From the NCBI GenBank assembly GCA_963665665.1, contig OY762428.1:2208001-2272000 (forward strand): a DNA stretch of 64,000 bases, in the 5' to 3' direction. A model generated the notes under the pieces. It had not been told where the DNA came from. It worked only from the letters and a program-made list of their open reading frames with translations, and searched no databases. Positions 48,374 through 58,857 of this stretch are shown piece after piece (position 1 is the stretch's first letter; every line of letters starts with the position of its first letter). This DNA comes from Candidatus Kapaibacterium sp. (GTDB taxonomy: Bacteria > Bacteroidota > Ignavibacteria > Kapaibacteriales > UBA2268). The position numbers were made by a program, and so were the translations under genes.

Positions 48374-49477
48374 ATGAGTAGTTCCGCAAAAAATATCGAA
48401 AAAAAAGCTAAACGAATTGCCAATCATTATATTTATGGCAGAAAAAAGCCTTTGATGCTTGATACTGGCGAACAAGTGATATATTTAAACCCCGGGGATA
48501 AAGTGCTTTTCCTGCGCCAGGACAGAATAGGGGACCTGCTGGTGTCAACCCCGGTATTCAGAAGATTTTCGGATGAGTTTCCCGAAGTTGAAACCGATAT
48601 TTTGCTGAGCTATAAAAATATAGGGGCATCAGCGGGAGTAAAGGATTACTGCGATGAAATACTTGTTTATAACAAAGGCCTGGCAGAAATTAAAAAACTG
48701 ATAAGTAAAATAAGATCTAAAAAATACAAACTTATCATAGACCTGTTTGATAATGCCTCGACAACAAGCTCGGCAATAATAAAATTCGGAAAACCTGAAT
48801 ACAGCCTTGGATTTGATAAGGAAAACCGCCGCAGCTATGATTTTACGGTTCCGATTCCGGATAAGGCCGGTAATCATATATCCAAGCGAATATCCAGGCT
48901 GCTTTTGCCTTTTGGGATTGATATGCAGGAAAGAGATCTAAGCCCGGTATATCCATTTGACATGCATTTATACGAAAATGTTTATCCAAAAATGAAAGCA
49001 AACCACGGCAAACAACTTTTTGCCATTAATCTTAGCGGATCCAACAGGGCAAAATACTGGGGAACTGAAAATTATATCAAATTTATCAACAGGGTTTTAA
49101 AGCTTTTCTCCAACCTGGAACCAATCTGCTTTGCTACAAAAGACTATGAAGAGGAACTTGAAACTATATCCGACAAAACAGGAGTTCGTACAGCCCCTTT
49201 TACTTCATCCCTTGATGAGTATGCTGCCATGCTCAGCTGCTGCGACCTGATACTTACTCCCGATACGGCTGCCGTTCATTTTGCATCTGCTTTTAAAATC
49301 CCATGTATAGCCATGTACGACATATCAGGCCTGGAAATTGCAGGAATGCCCTGGACACCCGTAAATATACCCCACAGAACGATCGAGATAAAAGACAAAA
49401 TTGAAAATATTAAAGTTATCGATGTTCTGGTGAACCTGAGCAGCCTGGTGGAAGAATGTATATCGGGGTGCGAATGA
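48374..49477 (+). CDS. GT9 family glycosyltransferase (heptosyltransferase-like)
   Basis: RQDRIGDLLVSTP, TPDTAAVHFASA. Confidence 0.92.
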   Translation: MSSSAKNIEKKAKRIANHYIYGRKKPLMLDTGEQVIYLNPGDKVLFLRQDRIGDLLVSTPVFRRFSDEFPEVETDILLSYKNIGASAGVKDYCDEILVYNKGLAEIKKLISKIRSKKYKLIIDLFDNASTTSSAIIKFGKPEYSLGFDKENRRSYDFTVPIPDKAGNHISKRISRLLLPFGIDMQERDLSPVYPFDMHLYENVYPKMKANHGKQLFAINLSGSNRAKYWGTENYIKFINRVLKLFSNLEPICFATKDYEEELETISDKTGVRTAPFTSSLDEYAAMLSCCDLILTPDTAAVHFASAFKIPCIAMYDISGLEIAGMPWTPVNIPHRTIEIKDKIENIKVIDVLVNLSSLVEECISGCE

Positions 49478-50436
49478 AACAAATTTTAGTTGTTCAGCTT
49501 GGGAAAATAGGTGATACGATCCTGGCCATTCCTTTATTACACGGAATAAAAGAAGTATTCCCGGATTGCGAAATTGATGTACTTACAGGCAGCTATGCAA
49601 AAGAATTGCTTTCTTATCAGAAAATTATCCGGAAAGTATTCGTTTACGAGAAAAAACCCCTGAAAATTGCATCGCTTTTAAATGAAATTCGCAGGCAAAA
49701 ATATGACCTTCTAATAGACCCTAAGGACCATCAATCCAGCGAAAGTTCTGTTTTTGCGAGGATTATCAGGGCAGACAGAAAAATCGGTTTCAATCCTCCC
49801 GGCAAATCTTATTTTAATGACAGCCTGCCAGGCGACGAGGCAAACAAAAAGCTCCACTATTCGGAAAAAGTTCTTCGTCCGCTTGAATTATTCGGCCAAA
49901 AAATGCCAGGTAAGCCGGTAAAACCGATACTTGACGAAGCGCCGGAAAGCTCTGAAAAAGTTATTGCCTTCTTCGAGGAATGTGCTTCCGAACCTAAAAT
50001 ACTTGTAAATATTTCCGCTTCCAGAATGGCAAGGATGTGGCCCGAAAAGAACTGGATTGATTTTTTCAATACTGCTTCCTTCAATGGCAGATTTGTAATG
50101 AGTTTCGCCCCATCCGAAAAGGAAATGGCTGAAAGGATCAGCAATGCAAGCCCGAATGTTGAATTGTTCCGTACATCCGGATTCATGGATGTTGTTTCTT
50201 TGGTAAAAAATTGCGATATGGTGGTTACACCTGATACATCCATAGTCCATATAGCCTCTGCTTTTGATAAACCACTTATCAGCATGTTCTGCAATATCCC
50301 TAAAATGTATACGAAATTCCATCCACTGAGCACTTTACAGATAATCCTTAAAAGTCCGGATGGCGTCGACAGCATCGAATCAATAACCCCATCCGATCTT
50401 AGAAATGCTTTCGAAAGCATGCTGAAAAAAATTTGA
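49474..50436 (+). CDS. GT9 family glycosyltransferase
   Basis: GKIGDTILAIP, TPDTSIVHIASA; ATGA overlap with the previous gene. Confidence 0.92.
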   Translation: MKQILVVQLGKIGDTILAIPLLHGIKEVFPDCEIDVLTGSYAKELLSYQKIIRKVFVYEKKPLKIASLLNEIRRQKYDLLIDPKDHQSSESSVFARIIRADRKIGFNPPGKSYFNDSLPGDEANKKLHYSEKVLRPLELFGQKMPGKPVKPILDEAPESSEKVIAFFEECASEPKILVNISASRMARMWPEKNWIDFFNTASFNGRFVMSFAPSEKEMAERISNASPNVELFRTSGFMDVVSLVKNCDMVVTPDTSIVHIASAFDKPLISMFCNIPKMYTKFHPLSTLQIILKSPDGVDSIESITPSDLRNAFESMLKKI

Positions 50437-50465
50437 ATTACACAATTGAAATTGAATATTAAAAA

Positions 50466-50570
50466 AACCACCCCTTTAATCCCCTCCAGTGGAGGGGAAT
50501 GCTATATGTATGATATACAAGAAGATAATTCCCCTCAGGCGGAGGGGTGGCAGCGAAGCTGACGGTGTGG
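50466..50570. repeat. REP-like element pair (accacccc...cccctcc-N-ggagggg)
   Basis: Resembles the hairpin block at about 1470-1510 inside the left array. Confidence 0.6.
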
Positions 50571-50580
50571 CGTTTACGGA

Positions 50581-52971
50581 TCAGAAGTTTATCCTGTAGT
50601 ACAGGTAAGGAAGAAATCCGAGCTGATATTTTTTCTCGATCTGGTTGTTTTTTTCATCCCAGCTTTCGCGAAATACATTTTTGTGGTTCGTTACATTGTC
50701 AATGGCAAATGATATGTCGTGGGTGGTTGATTCCAGATTTATTACCAGCCCGAGTTTTATATCCGCCTGGAAGAAATTGTCGTACTGGTATTCGTAAGCC
50801 CTGGAAATATCCTTAACCTTATCGCCCTCAATTATACTTTGTTCCACGTCGATAGGAATACCCCTTCGGCCGCCGGTACTTGTCAGTTTGAAATTTGCTG
50901 TAAGAATATACTTCCTGTCCTCGTCCAGTTCAAATTCATAACCGCCGAGTATGTTGGCAATATGGCCCATATCAAATGTTGTGCTGCGTTCCACCCCAAG
51001 TGCATCAGTGTATTTTGATTTAATAAGCGAACCGGTGAACATCAGGTAATAGCCGTCCTCGAAGCTTTTGTTTGCGGTGATCTCTATACCATAGTTAATT
51101 CCCTTGCCCTTGTTTGCCAGGCTGTCGATGATATCCATTCCGAACTCCGCGCCAAGGTTTATCAGCGAGAGGTATTCTTTATTTGTTTTCAGGGACACGG
51201 GCACGTCATAAAGATACTGAACATATCCTTCTGCTTTAAAGTAAATGTTATCCAGCATAGTATTCTGATAACCCAATACTATATGATGGCTTTTGGTCAT
51301 ATCCAGGTCAAGATTGGGCTGCCTTTCACCGCTTTCATCATAGAACCTGAAGAAGTAGTGCATAAGCGGGTGTGTCTGGCTGTGCAGGCCGTATCCGAGC
51401 GATATATTCTGGTTTTCAGCAAACCTGTATATAGTTGAAAACCTCGGTTCAAGCGCCCAGCTGTCATTTAGCATGAAATACTGGAAATGTACACCCGTAT
51501 TGAAATCGAATAGGTCATTAGGGCGGTACTGCCAGTGAACGTATGACTGCATCAGGTTGGCGTCGCCCTTTTCGTTGAGTTTTTCTTCAAGTATATTATC
51601 ATCGTTCAATTTATCATATTTCAGGTTGAACGATTTGTAATTAAAACTGACTCCGGTTTTAAAAAGGTTTTTTGCCGAAGCCTTATGAATTACCTGGTAT
51701 CTCGCCATCAGGCTGTTTTCGTTTTGTTTGAAGGAATAATCACGCCAGGAGCTGTCCAATGTTACCATATCAGTTAGTGTGTTCATGAATGAACCCGAGG
51801 CTGACAGAATAAGTTCCCCAAAAGTTCTTTCCCCAAAGAAGAGTACATGATTCAGCCCTGCGGCATAAAGATCGGAACGGAGCTTAAAATCCTCGGCCTC
51901 GTTGGAGTCTTCCCAGTCGAAGTCATCTTCCTCGCTTTCGAAATTGTTCATTCCGCTTTTACCGCCAATAGCCCATAAAGAGATTTTACCGTAGTCTTCC
52001 GTCGGGAGGTTGATTTTAACAGTTCCGTCTAAGTATTCCGGGATAACGTCTGTATTTATATCAATACCCAGCGCTTTTATCGGTTGAAGAGACACAAAGC
52101 GGAAATTTGCAAGATAGGACGCCCTGCTGTCGGATGTAAAGGGGCCCTCGACTCCGAATTCAAGTCCGTTCATTCCTGCCTGGAAAGTCTGCTCGTATTG
52201 CTCGTTATTGCCGTTCCTGAGTTTGATATCGAAAACGCCTGCTGTTTTATTTCCGTATTCCGTCGGGAAAGCCCCGCTGATAAAATCGCTGCTTGCAAGC
52301 AGGTTATTGTTCAGAATTCCGAATATACCACCGCCGGCGCCCGCCTCCATAAAGTGGTTAGGGCTTGGCACATCAGCTCCGTCTATTCTCCAAAGGACGC
52401 CAAGTGGAGAGTTCCCGCGAATTATTATATCGTTCCTCATGCTGTTATTGGATGTAACACCAGCGCTGTTGGCGGCTGTTTTACTCGGGTCGTTCCTGGA
52501 ACCTGCGAACCTGAATATTGCCTCGGGCCTGAGTACTGTTGTGCTGGTTGTAGCGAATTCATTGATTACATCTGCAACATTTTTGTTTGCTGTTACCTTC
52601 ACTTCATCAGTCATCTGCGGGTTCTCGGTCAGTTTGATTTCAAGGTATGTTTCCTTACCGCTGATAACAACAATATTATCCAGTTTGTAAGGCTTATACG
52701 ACATCATATTTACCAGAATCGTATGCCTCCCAACAGGAATATTCTTCAGCTCAAATTCTCCTTCTTTTTTAGCGATTGCTCCCACAACCGGTTTTAGCGA
52801 TATTATTTGAACTTTAGCGCCGGGAACGGGTGTATTCAATGTTGCATCAAGCACAACACCCCTTACGGTCTGAGTTCGTTCTTCTGCCCGAGCGTTTATA
52901 TAAAAGAAGAATTGAAATAAAAATATTGATATCAATATAAGTTTCGGTTCTGTTATAAAAGTCTTTTTCAT
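50581..52971 (-). CDS. TonB-dependent receptor with N-terminal carboxypeptidase-regulatory-like domain
   Basis: QTVRGVVLD, plug motif RNDIIIRGNSP, terminal YRINF. Confidence 0.92.
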   Translation of the reverse strand: MKKTFITEPKLILISIFLFQFFFYINARAEERTQTVRGVVLDATLNTPVPGAKVQIISLKPVVGAIAKKEGEFELKNIPVGRHTILVNMMSYKPYKLDNIVVISGKETYLEIKLTENPQMTDEVKVTANKNVADVINEFATTSTTVLRPEAIFRFAGSRNDPSKTAANSAGVTSNNSMRNDIIIRGNSPLGVLWRIDGADVPSPNHFMEAGAGGGIFGILNNNLLASSDFISGAFPTEYGNKTAGVFDIKLRNGNNEQYEQTFQAGMNGLEFGVEGPFTSDSRASYLANFRFVSLQPIKALGIDINTDVIPEYLDGTVKINLPTEDYGKISLWAIGGKSGMNNFESEEDDFDWEDSNEAEDFKLRSDLYAAGLNHVLFFGERTFGELILSASGSFMNTLTDMVTLDSSWRDYSFKQNENSLMARYQVIHKASAKNLFKTGVSFNYKSFNLKYDKLNDDNILEEKLNEKGDANLMQSYVHWQYRPNDLFDFNTGVHFQYFMLNDSWALEPRFSTIYRFAENQNISLGYGLHSQTHPLMHYFFRFYDESGERQPNLDLDMTKSHHIVLGYQNTMLDNIYFKAEGYVQYLYDVPVSLKTNKEYLSLINLGAEFGMDIIDSLANKGKGINYGIEITANKSFEDGYYLMFTGSLIKSKYTDALGVERSTTFDMGHIANILGGYEFELDEDRKYILTANFKLTSTGGRRGIPIDVEQSIIEGDKVKDISRAYEYQYDNFFQADIKLGLVINLESTTHDISFAIDNVTNHKNVFRESWDEKNNQIEKKYQLGFLPYLYYRINF

Positions 52972-52987
52972 TGTTTTTTCCTATTCA

Positions 52988-53578
52988 TCAAACATTAACT
53001 ACAACATCATCCGGACTGTCAAATTTACCAACGTAGGAAGTAATAATTGCCGCGCCCACCCTTGCCAGATTCTGTATAAGATACTGGTCGCTGTTTTCCT
53101 TCTGAATGCCTACGCAAATCATGCTTGCAAGGCCGTTCACATAAGTCCACATATCCATGAATAATTTACCGACTTCTTCTTCAGGCATATCACTGAAATC
53201 CGTATCAAGCGACATCCTGTATTTTATGAATTCAAAGAAATCCATGGAAATATCATTGAAATTGTTTTCCTCAAGGAAAAGAGCCCTGAATAAATTTTTC
53301 TCGTCGCGGGCAAAACGCACGAAACCAACCCCGATATTAAGGAATATCTTATCGGTATAATCCTTTGTTGAGTACTCGATAAGGATATTATGAGCCATTT
53401 TCAGCACGGCTTTTTTCATTTCATCTGTCGATTTGAAACAACTGTATATAGGCGCCACCGAGGATTTCAATATCTTTGATACTGTTCTTGCGCTTACCGA
53501 TCCCAATCCCTGTTCCCTTGTTATTTCCAAGGCCGCTGCTATTACTTTGTCCTTTGGGAATGTTAATTTCGGAGACAT
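52988..53578 (-). CDS. TetR/AcrR family transcriptional regulator
   Basis: N-terminal HTH AALEITREQGLGSVSARTVSKILKSSVAPIYSCF. Confidence 0.92.
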   Translation of the reverse strand: MSPKLTFPKDKVIAAALEITREQGLGSVSARTVSKILKSSVAPIYSCFKSTDEMKKAVLKMAHNILIEYSTKDYTDKIFLNIGVGFVRFARDEKNLFRALFLEENNFNDISMDFFEFIKYRMSLDTDFSDMPEEEVGKLFMDMWTYVNGLASMICVGIQKENSDQYLIQNLARVGAAIITSYVGKFDSPDDVVVNV

Positions 53579-53594
53579 AAATTCCTTCTTTCAG

Positions 53595-53610
53595 TATAAC
53601 ACGTGTTATG
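53595..53610. promoter_or_regulatory. Candidate TetR operator 1
   Basis: Palindrome tataacacgtgttatg just upstream of the TetR start. Confidence 0.65.
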
Positions 53611-53756
53611 TATAATATAATATTATTTGTCAATTTTTCAGATAAAATACAAGAATATCGCCGCAGGCAATCATAGTAGCCTGAATAATAACTATATAAC
53701 AAGATTCTTAATATTTTTGATCAATTCATTAAATCGCCTGAGTCAACCAATACGAA

Positions 53757-53772
53757 TATAACACCTGTTATA
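53757..53772. promoter_or_regulatory. Candidate TetR operator 2
   Basis: Near-identical palindrome tataacacctgttata. Confidence 0.6.
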
Positions 53773-54035
53773 ATGCAAAGCAAATATTTTTTGATTAGGC
53801 CCGGGATTTTATGACACTATTAATAAAAATTATCTACCCGAGACTATTTTATAAAGCATTTCCAATCATATTAAAAAGAGATATTATCATTATATCAATT
53901 CCTTTTTCCGAAAAATGATTTGCAATATATCCTATCAGAAACATCATAAAAGTTGCTACCTTAAATATTGGCTGAATTTATATTATTTATTATATTGGAA
54001 ATTGAGAAATAAACAATAATAATAAGAGATATATT

Positions 54036-54827
54036 ATGTATAGATCAGGTAAAATTTATATTGAAAATGCCCTGAAGGAAATAAAGCAGATAGCTTCAAT
54101 ACTCTGGAAAAAAGGCTGGGCAGAAAGAAATGCAGGAAATATTTCACTTTTAGTTGATGAGGATATGGGATTTTCTGAATTCGAAGAGCAGGCTTCCGGA
54201 AAGATTAATATCAGCTGTCCCGCACTTGCCGGTAAATATATCATTATCAGCATAAGCGGCAGCAGAATGCGCGACCTGGCAAAAGACCCGCTGAATAATC
54301 TCTGCCTGATAAAGATATCCGCCGATGCAAAGGCATATCATCTGTCCTACTCCGGCATGTTCTGTTCTGATGGCAACCCGACATCTGAATTGTCCTCACA
54401 TCTTGCTATTTACCAAAAGAAGATTGAAGAGAACAAGCCGGTGAAAGCTATTGTTCACGCCCATGCAAGAGAGATAATTATACTGTCTCACAAGCCGGAA
54501 ATAAACAACTCGGATGATTTTAACAAAATATTGTGGGGTTCACATCCCGAAGCAGTAGTGTTCCTGCCTGACGGTGCTGCCTTTGTTCCTTATAAAACTC
54601 CCGGCAGCGACGAAATAGCTACAGATACTTACAATAGAATTGAAGGGAAAAGCCTGGCTGTATGGGAAGGCCACGGAAGCCTTGCTTTTGCAAATACCCC
54701 CATGGAGGCTTTCGACCTGATTGATATAGCGGCAAAAGCATCTGATATTTATCTTCGCTGCCTTTCCGCCGGATACGAACCAAAATACTTATCTGAAGAA
54801 GAGCAGCAGAAACTAAGGGAACTTTAA
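54036..54827 (+). CDS. rhaD: Rhamnulose-1-phosphate aldolase (class II aldolase)
   Basis: GWAERNAGNIS, SGSRMRD, PTSELSSHL, HAH, WEGHG. Confidence 0.85.
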   Translation: MYRSGKIYIENALKEIKQIASILWKKGWAERNAGNISLLVDEDMGFSEFEEQASGKINISCPALAGKYIIISISGSRMRDLAKDPLNNLCLIKISADAKAYHLSYSGMFCSDGNPTSELSSHLAIYQKKIEENKPVKAIVHAHAREIIILSHKPEINNSDDFNKILWGSHPEAVVFLPDGAAFVPYKTPGSDEIATDTYNRIEGKSLAVWEGHGSLAFANTPMEAFDLIDIAAKASDIYLRCLSAGYEPKYLSEEEQQKLREL

Positions 54828-54949
54828 CGCGCAGGTTCCTGAACTTATTCTATATGTGCAAGTTCTTTTTAACTATCATAGCAGTGAATAGTTTCAAAAT
54901 CTGACTTTGCAGTAAATTAGCATTGTTCCATTGTTCTTAAAAATTCCTT

Positions 54950-55040
54950 CGTCATTTCCCGACACGTCCCCGATAAATCGGGGCAAGCAGGGTGCAGGCT
55001 GAACGTAGTGAGCAATCTTGTAGTAATGGGTTGATGGATT
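54950..55040. repeat. Degenerate REP/MITE-like element with nested 16-bp palindrome
   Basis: gtcatt...gaacgtagtgagcaatct...atggattc resembles 5513-5605; ccccgat-aa-atcgggg at 54968-54983. Confidence 0.5.
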
Positions 55041-55218
55041 CCTTGTTGCGCTCAAAACAACAGTTTTTCAAACATTTGAGGCAATTCCTGGAAGCACAAA
55101 GAGCTTCAAATTATTTTAATAATTTGTCCATTTTAATTTCCAGAGATCAGCTGTTATGCAAAACAAAACCCATTGATTAACAACGGGTTTCTTTTCAATA
55201 TTAAATTTAATTGGAAGA

Positions 55219-58032
55219 TCAATCCACAACTACCATCATTCTGTGGCACCTGTTGGATTTAGAATTCACATATTTTCCATTTTTGGCCAATCCAATATCA
55301 AGAAAATACCTTCCGGGAGTATTCACAACAGGCAGATGTATAATAAGCCTGGCAAAGTACCCCGGTTCAATTATTTTTTTGTGCCCCTTCAACCCGATTG
55401 TTTTAAAATTATTTTCCAGAATATAATCATACCACGAAACTGATACAGAAATATCATTATTAGCAAGATCGATTGTTTCCGAACCCGTATTAGTAATAAT
55501 CAGAGGAACTTTCATGATATCACCGGCTTTCTTTCCGGCTTTGAAAAAATTATAATTGGAAGCAATTTTTAAATCATAGTCGAATCCGCTTCCGGGTTCA
55601 TCAACTTCAAGCCTGTTGTTTTCATTTGCACTGCCGAGAACCATGGCAGAGATCAATTGCAGCCCTTTCAGCTTGTTCGGCTTTTCTATTTCGCGTTCCA
55701 ATCCGGAATAGAATTTTAAACCGTCACATTTCTTTACATCAATACTGTCCGGCAAATGAATTTTATAAATATTCGTATCGCAAGGTATCTGCTTGTTGAA
55801 CAATTCAATACCCGAGCAAATTATTTTCAGATTTTTCGGAGAGCCGGAATTATTATTAACACTGAACTTAAATGTTGTATAATTCTCATTTGCCTTCATA
55901 GGCATTTTTATCAATGCCGTTCCGTTTATCCACCCCTTTCCATTGACATTATCGGAAAAGAATCCCTTCTTTACAACACCAACAATATTATTGTCCAATA
56001 AATTCAGGCCAATATAGCAGGGAATTTGAGTATTATTTTTTTCCGCAGTTGAATTGGCTGCCCATAGAATACTGTTTCCTCCATATTCAATATCCAGTGG
56101 AAAATAGTTACCGCAATCAGGAAATTTTAAATGGTTGGACAACATGTAGTCCTCTGAAATCATCATGTTTTCATTTCGTTTTTTCTGAAATGAATTCTTA
56201 AATGAACTATTCCCTTTGTAATGAATATGTATGCCTGGCAACCTGTATTTATACATATAAGTATCCGGGGACTTATTGCCTGCCATACATACAGCAGATT
56301 TAACATCCGGGATATCATACAGTGTATTAATAATATTGGTAATTTTTTGTTTCTCGAACTGGTGATACTGAATTACATACCTGTAGGTAAAAATTGAAAA
56401 TGATAAAAATGCAAGGGTAAGGACGATACCGCCAAAATTGAAATTTTTGCTGAATAATATCGAAATTATAATAAGGGCAAGAAGCATTATACCGAGGTAA
56501 ATCAGAATATCAATTGTGCCAAAAACAGCCCTTGGCGCAAAGAAGCTTAGGAAATTCCTGAATGATGGCTCTGAATCAATAAAATTACCATAAAGGGCAA
56601 TTATTCCAAAAGCAGATATAATCATCACGACAAGTGAAGTGAAAATCCGGAAAAATCCGTTTTCAATTTCAGTATCTTCAATAAAGCCGTATATACCCAT
56701 AGCTAAAAATGGAGCAAGAAATACTTCCACGTACCTTCCGTAGAACAAAAGGTCAGGCCTGATAGAATCAAGGGATTTAATAATTGGGATAGTTGTGGCA
56801 AAAATTCCTACTGCCGTTGCAAACAGGAACATCAGGGCTATAGCCTCATCCGAGTATGCTCCCTTATATTTGTTTCTGTTGTTCCATACGAACACAAAAA
56901 TGCCGAGAAAACCCAGCAGAAATATTCCCCATGTTGAAAAGCTGAGATAAAATACTCTGCTGAGAAGATTGGTTGACCATGTAACCAAAATCGTAAAATT
57001 GTCTTTTACATAGTTTAATTCGGGAAACAATATATAGGCAAGGAATGCACCTGAAATTGTTATCAGAATAACCTGCCATGAAACGGGTTTAATATTTTCC
57101 TTGCCCTGATTTACCAGCAGGGTATATATAAGAGTTGCAACCGGCAGGAAAATAAAGAACAATGATATGCTTGACAATACACCGAAAATCCATCCGCTAA
57201 CGAAACCGGCAAGCATAGCCCATTTCTTCTTCTTTATCAGCCAGGATGTTCCCAATACGAACATAGCAAATAAAAGCAGGTCATAGATCAGGCTTATATG
57301 ATTTTGTATATTGCTCCCAAAAGCGCCACGCCCTGCAATCATGTTTGCAAGAACATTGCTGTATATTAAAGTTAATGTAGTAAAAACGGCTATCAGGATA
57401 ATCGGAACAATTCCCACAACTGCAGGCAGCCTTTTCCTGTAAACCAAATAGCCAAGGGTAACAATTGCGATAGGAATTATGGGCAGAGCCCGTACATCCA
57501 CAGATAAAAAATAGGATGTTATTAACGAGAGAACTATTGAATAAAATATTGTTCTGCGCTTTATTAAGTAAATAAACGAAAGTATGTTGAATACATATAT
57601 TGTCGGAAGAATAGCATCAGACCATGCCATGTTGGATTGGAGCATAAATGCCGGGTAAAGGCTCGTAATAAAAGAAGTTATCGCTGCCTGAGAAGGTTTT
57701 GAATTGAATAAAACCCTTAACATCAGAAAAAGCCCGATGTAAATACCCGAAGCCAGAATTGAATTTATTACTATAGCTGTTTGGTATGCCCCTACAGGCC
57801 CGGAATTAAATAGAAAAGCCGGAGATATCAGGAGTGAATATCCGAATCCTCCAATAAGGCCGCCATTGGGCACAAAAGGCATATCCGTTCCGGTAAAATA
57901 TTGTGCAAGCGCCAGGTAGGAAAATTCATCCGGGGCTACAACCGGAACCTCCATGTAAAGCCCCATGATAATATGTCCGATCACGAGAATCAGAAATGGT
58001 ATAATAAGCAAGGATATATTGTTATTTTTCAT
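55219..58032 (-). CDS. Large polytopic membrane protein, GT-C-like, with C-terminal soluble Ig-like domains
   Basis: PDEFSYLALA acidic motif after TM1; many TM helices; YGRY motif; beta-rich tail. Confidence 0.75.
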   Translation of the reverse strand: MKNNNISLLIIPFLILVIGHIIMGLYMEVPVVAPDEFSYLALAQYFTGTDMPFVPNGGLIGGFGYSLLISPAFLFNSGPVGAYQTAIVINSILASGIYIGLFLMLRVLFNSKPSQAAITSFITSLYPAFMLQSNMAWSDAILPTIYVFNILSFIYLIKRRTIFYSIVLSLITSYFLSVDVRALPIIPIAIVTLGYLVYRKRLPAVVGIVPIILIAVFTTLTLIYSNVLANMIAGRGAFGSNIQNHISLIYDLLLFAMFVLGTSWLIKKKKWAMLAGFVSGWIFGVLSSISLFFIFLPVATLIYTLLVNQGKENIKPVSWQVILITISGAFLAYILFPELNYVKDNFTILVTWSTNLLSRVFYLSFSTWGIFLLGFLGIFVFVWNNRNKYKGAYSDEAIALMFLFATAVGIFATTIPIIKSLDSIRPDLLFYGRYVEVFLAPFLAMGIYGFIEDTEIENGFFRIFTSLVVMIISAFGIIALYGNFIDSEPSFRNFLSFFAPRAVFGTIDILIYLGIMLLALIIISILFSKNFNFGGIVLTLAFLSFSIFTYRYVIQYHQFEKQKITNIINTLYDIPDVKSAVCMAGNKSPDTYMYKYRLPGIHIHYKGNSSFKNSFQKKRNENMMISEDYMLSNHLKFPDCGNYFPLDIEYGGNSILWAANSTAEKNNTQIPCYIGLNLLDNNIVGVVKKGFFSDNVNGKGWINGTALIKMPMKANENYTTFKFSVNNNSGSPKNLKIICSGIELFNKQIPCDTNIYKIHLPDSIDVKKCDGLKFYSGLEREIEKPNKLKGLQLISAMVLGSANENNRLEVDEPGSGFDYDLKIASNYNFFKAGKKAGDIMKVPLIITNTGSETIDLANNDISVSVSWYDYILENNFKTIGLKGHKKIIEPGYFARLIIHLPVVNTPGRYFLDIGLAKNGKYVNSKSNRCHRMMVVVD

Positions 58033-58209
58033 TGCCAACCCGAAATAATATTTCAAACATGTTCAATATAAACGTAAATACTAAGTCAAGATTATATTAT
58101 TTACGAATATATAAGATAACAAAAAAATAATTAAATCTGAAAATCAAGTTAAATCTTCGTAAAATAATATATTTCAATTATTTTTGTATTGAAAGGAATA
58201 TTGAACCAA

Positions 58210-58857
58210 ATGATAGAATTTAAAGATATATATCAAAAATATAAGGGCAGGGAGCTTTTCGGCGGGCTAAACCTTTTTATTGAAAAGGGCGAAAAAGTTG
58301 TTCTGAGCGGCTCGTCCGGTTCGGGGAAGAGCACGCTGCTTGCTTTTGCAATGGGATTTCTGCTGCCGGACAAAGGAACTATTGTTATTAACGATTTGCA
58401 TTTGAACGCAAAAAATATTGATGAAATCAGATATCTGATGGCATGGCTGCCGCAAAACACTACATTTGCAGGAGAGGGAATTGTACGTGAAGCCATAATG
58501 AAACCCTTTAGTTTCAGATTGAATAAATCCGTTACTCCATCGGAAAAAACTATTCGTTCAGGACTTGAAAAAATCGGGCTTGAGCAGGATATTCTTGATT
58601 CAAAATTCGACGATATTTCCGGAGGCGAAAAACAGAGAATCGGTATACTTACCTGCTCGCTGCTGAACAGGCCGATAATGATTCTTGACGAACCTACGTC
58701 CGCCCTTGACGAAATGTCTATTGCGCTGGTTACTGATTTCATTCTTTCAGCCCCGGACAGGACGGTTCTGTCAACCTCGCATGAGAACCTGTGGGTAAAT
58801 GCCTGCGATAAAATTGTAAAAGTTGGCCCAAACGGAGGTGAAAATGGGATCAATTGA
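58210..58857 (+). CDS. fetA: ABC transporter ATP-binding protein (YbbL/FetA-like)
   Basis: GSSGSGKST, SGGEKQR, LDEPTSALD; overlaps a FetB-like permease. Confidence 0.85.
   Translation: MIEFKDIYQKYKGRELFGGLNLFIEKGEKVVLSGSSGSGKSTLLAFAMGFLLPDKGTIVINDLHLNAKNIDEIRYLMAWLPQNTTFAGEGIVREAIMKPFSFRLNKSVTPSEKTIRSGLEKIGLEQDILDSKFDDISGGEKQRIGILTCSLLNRPIMILDEPTSALDEMSIALVTDFILSAPDRTVLSTSHENLWVNACDKIVKVGPNGGENGIN

Noticed and set aside
52084-52797. 237-aa and 160-aa plus-strand ORFs
   Set aside because: Antisense to the well-supported TonB-dependent receptor.
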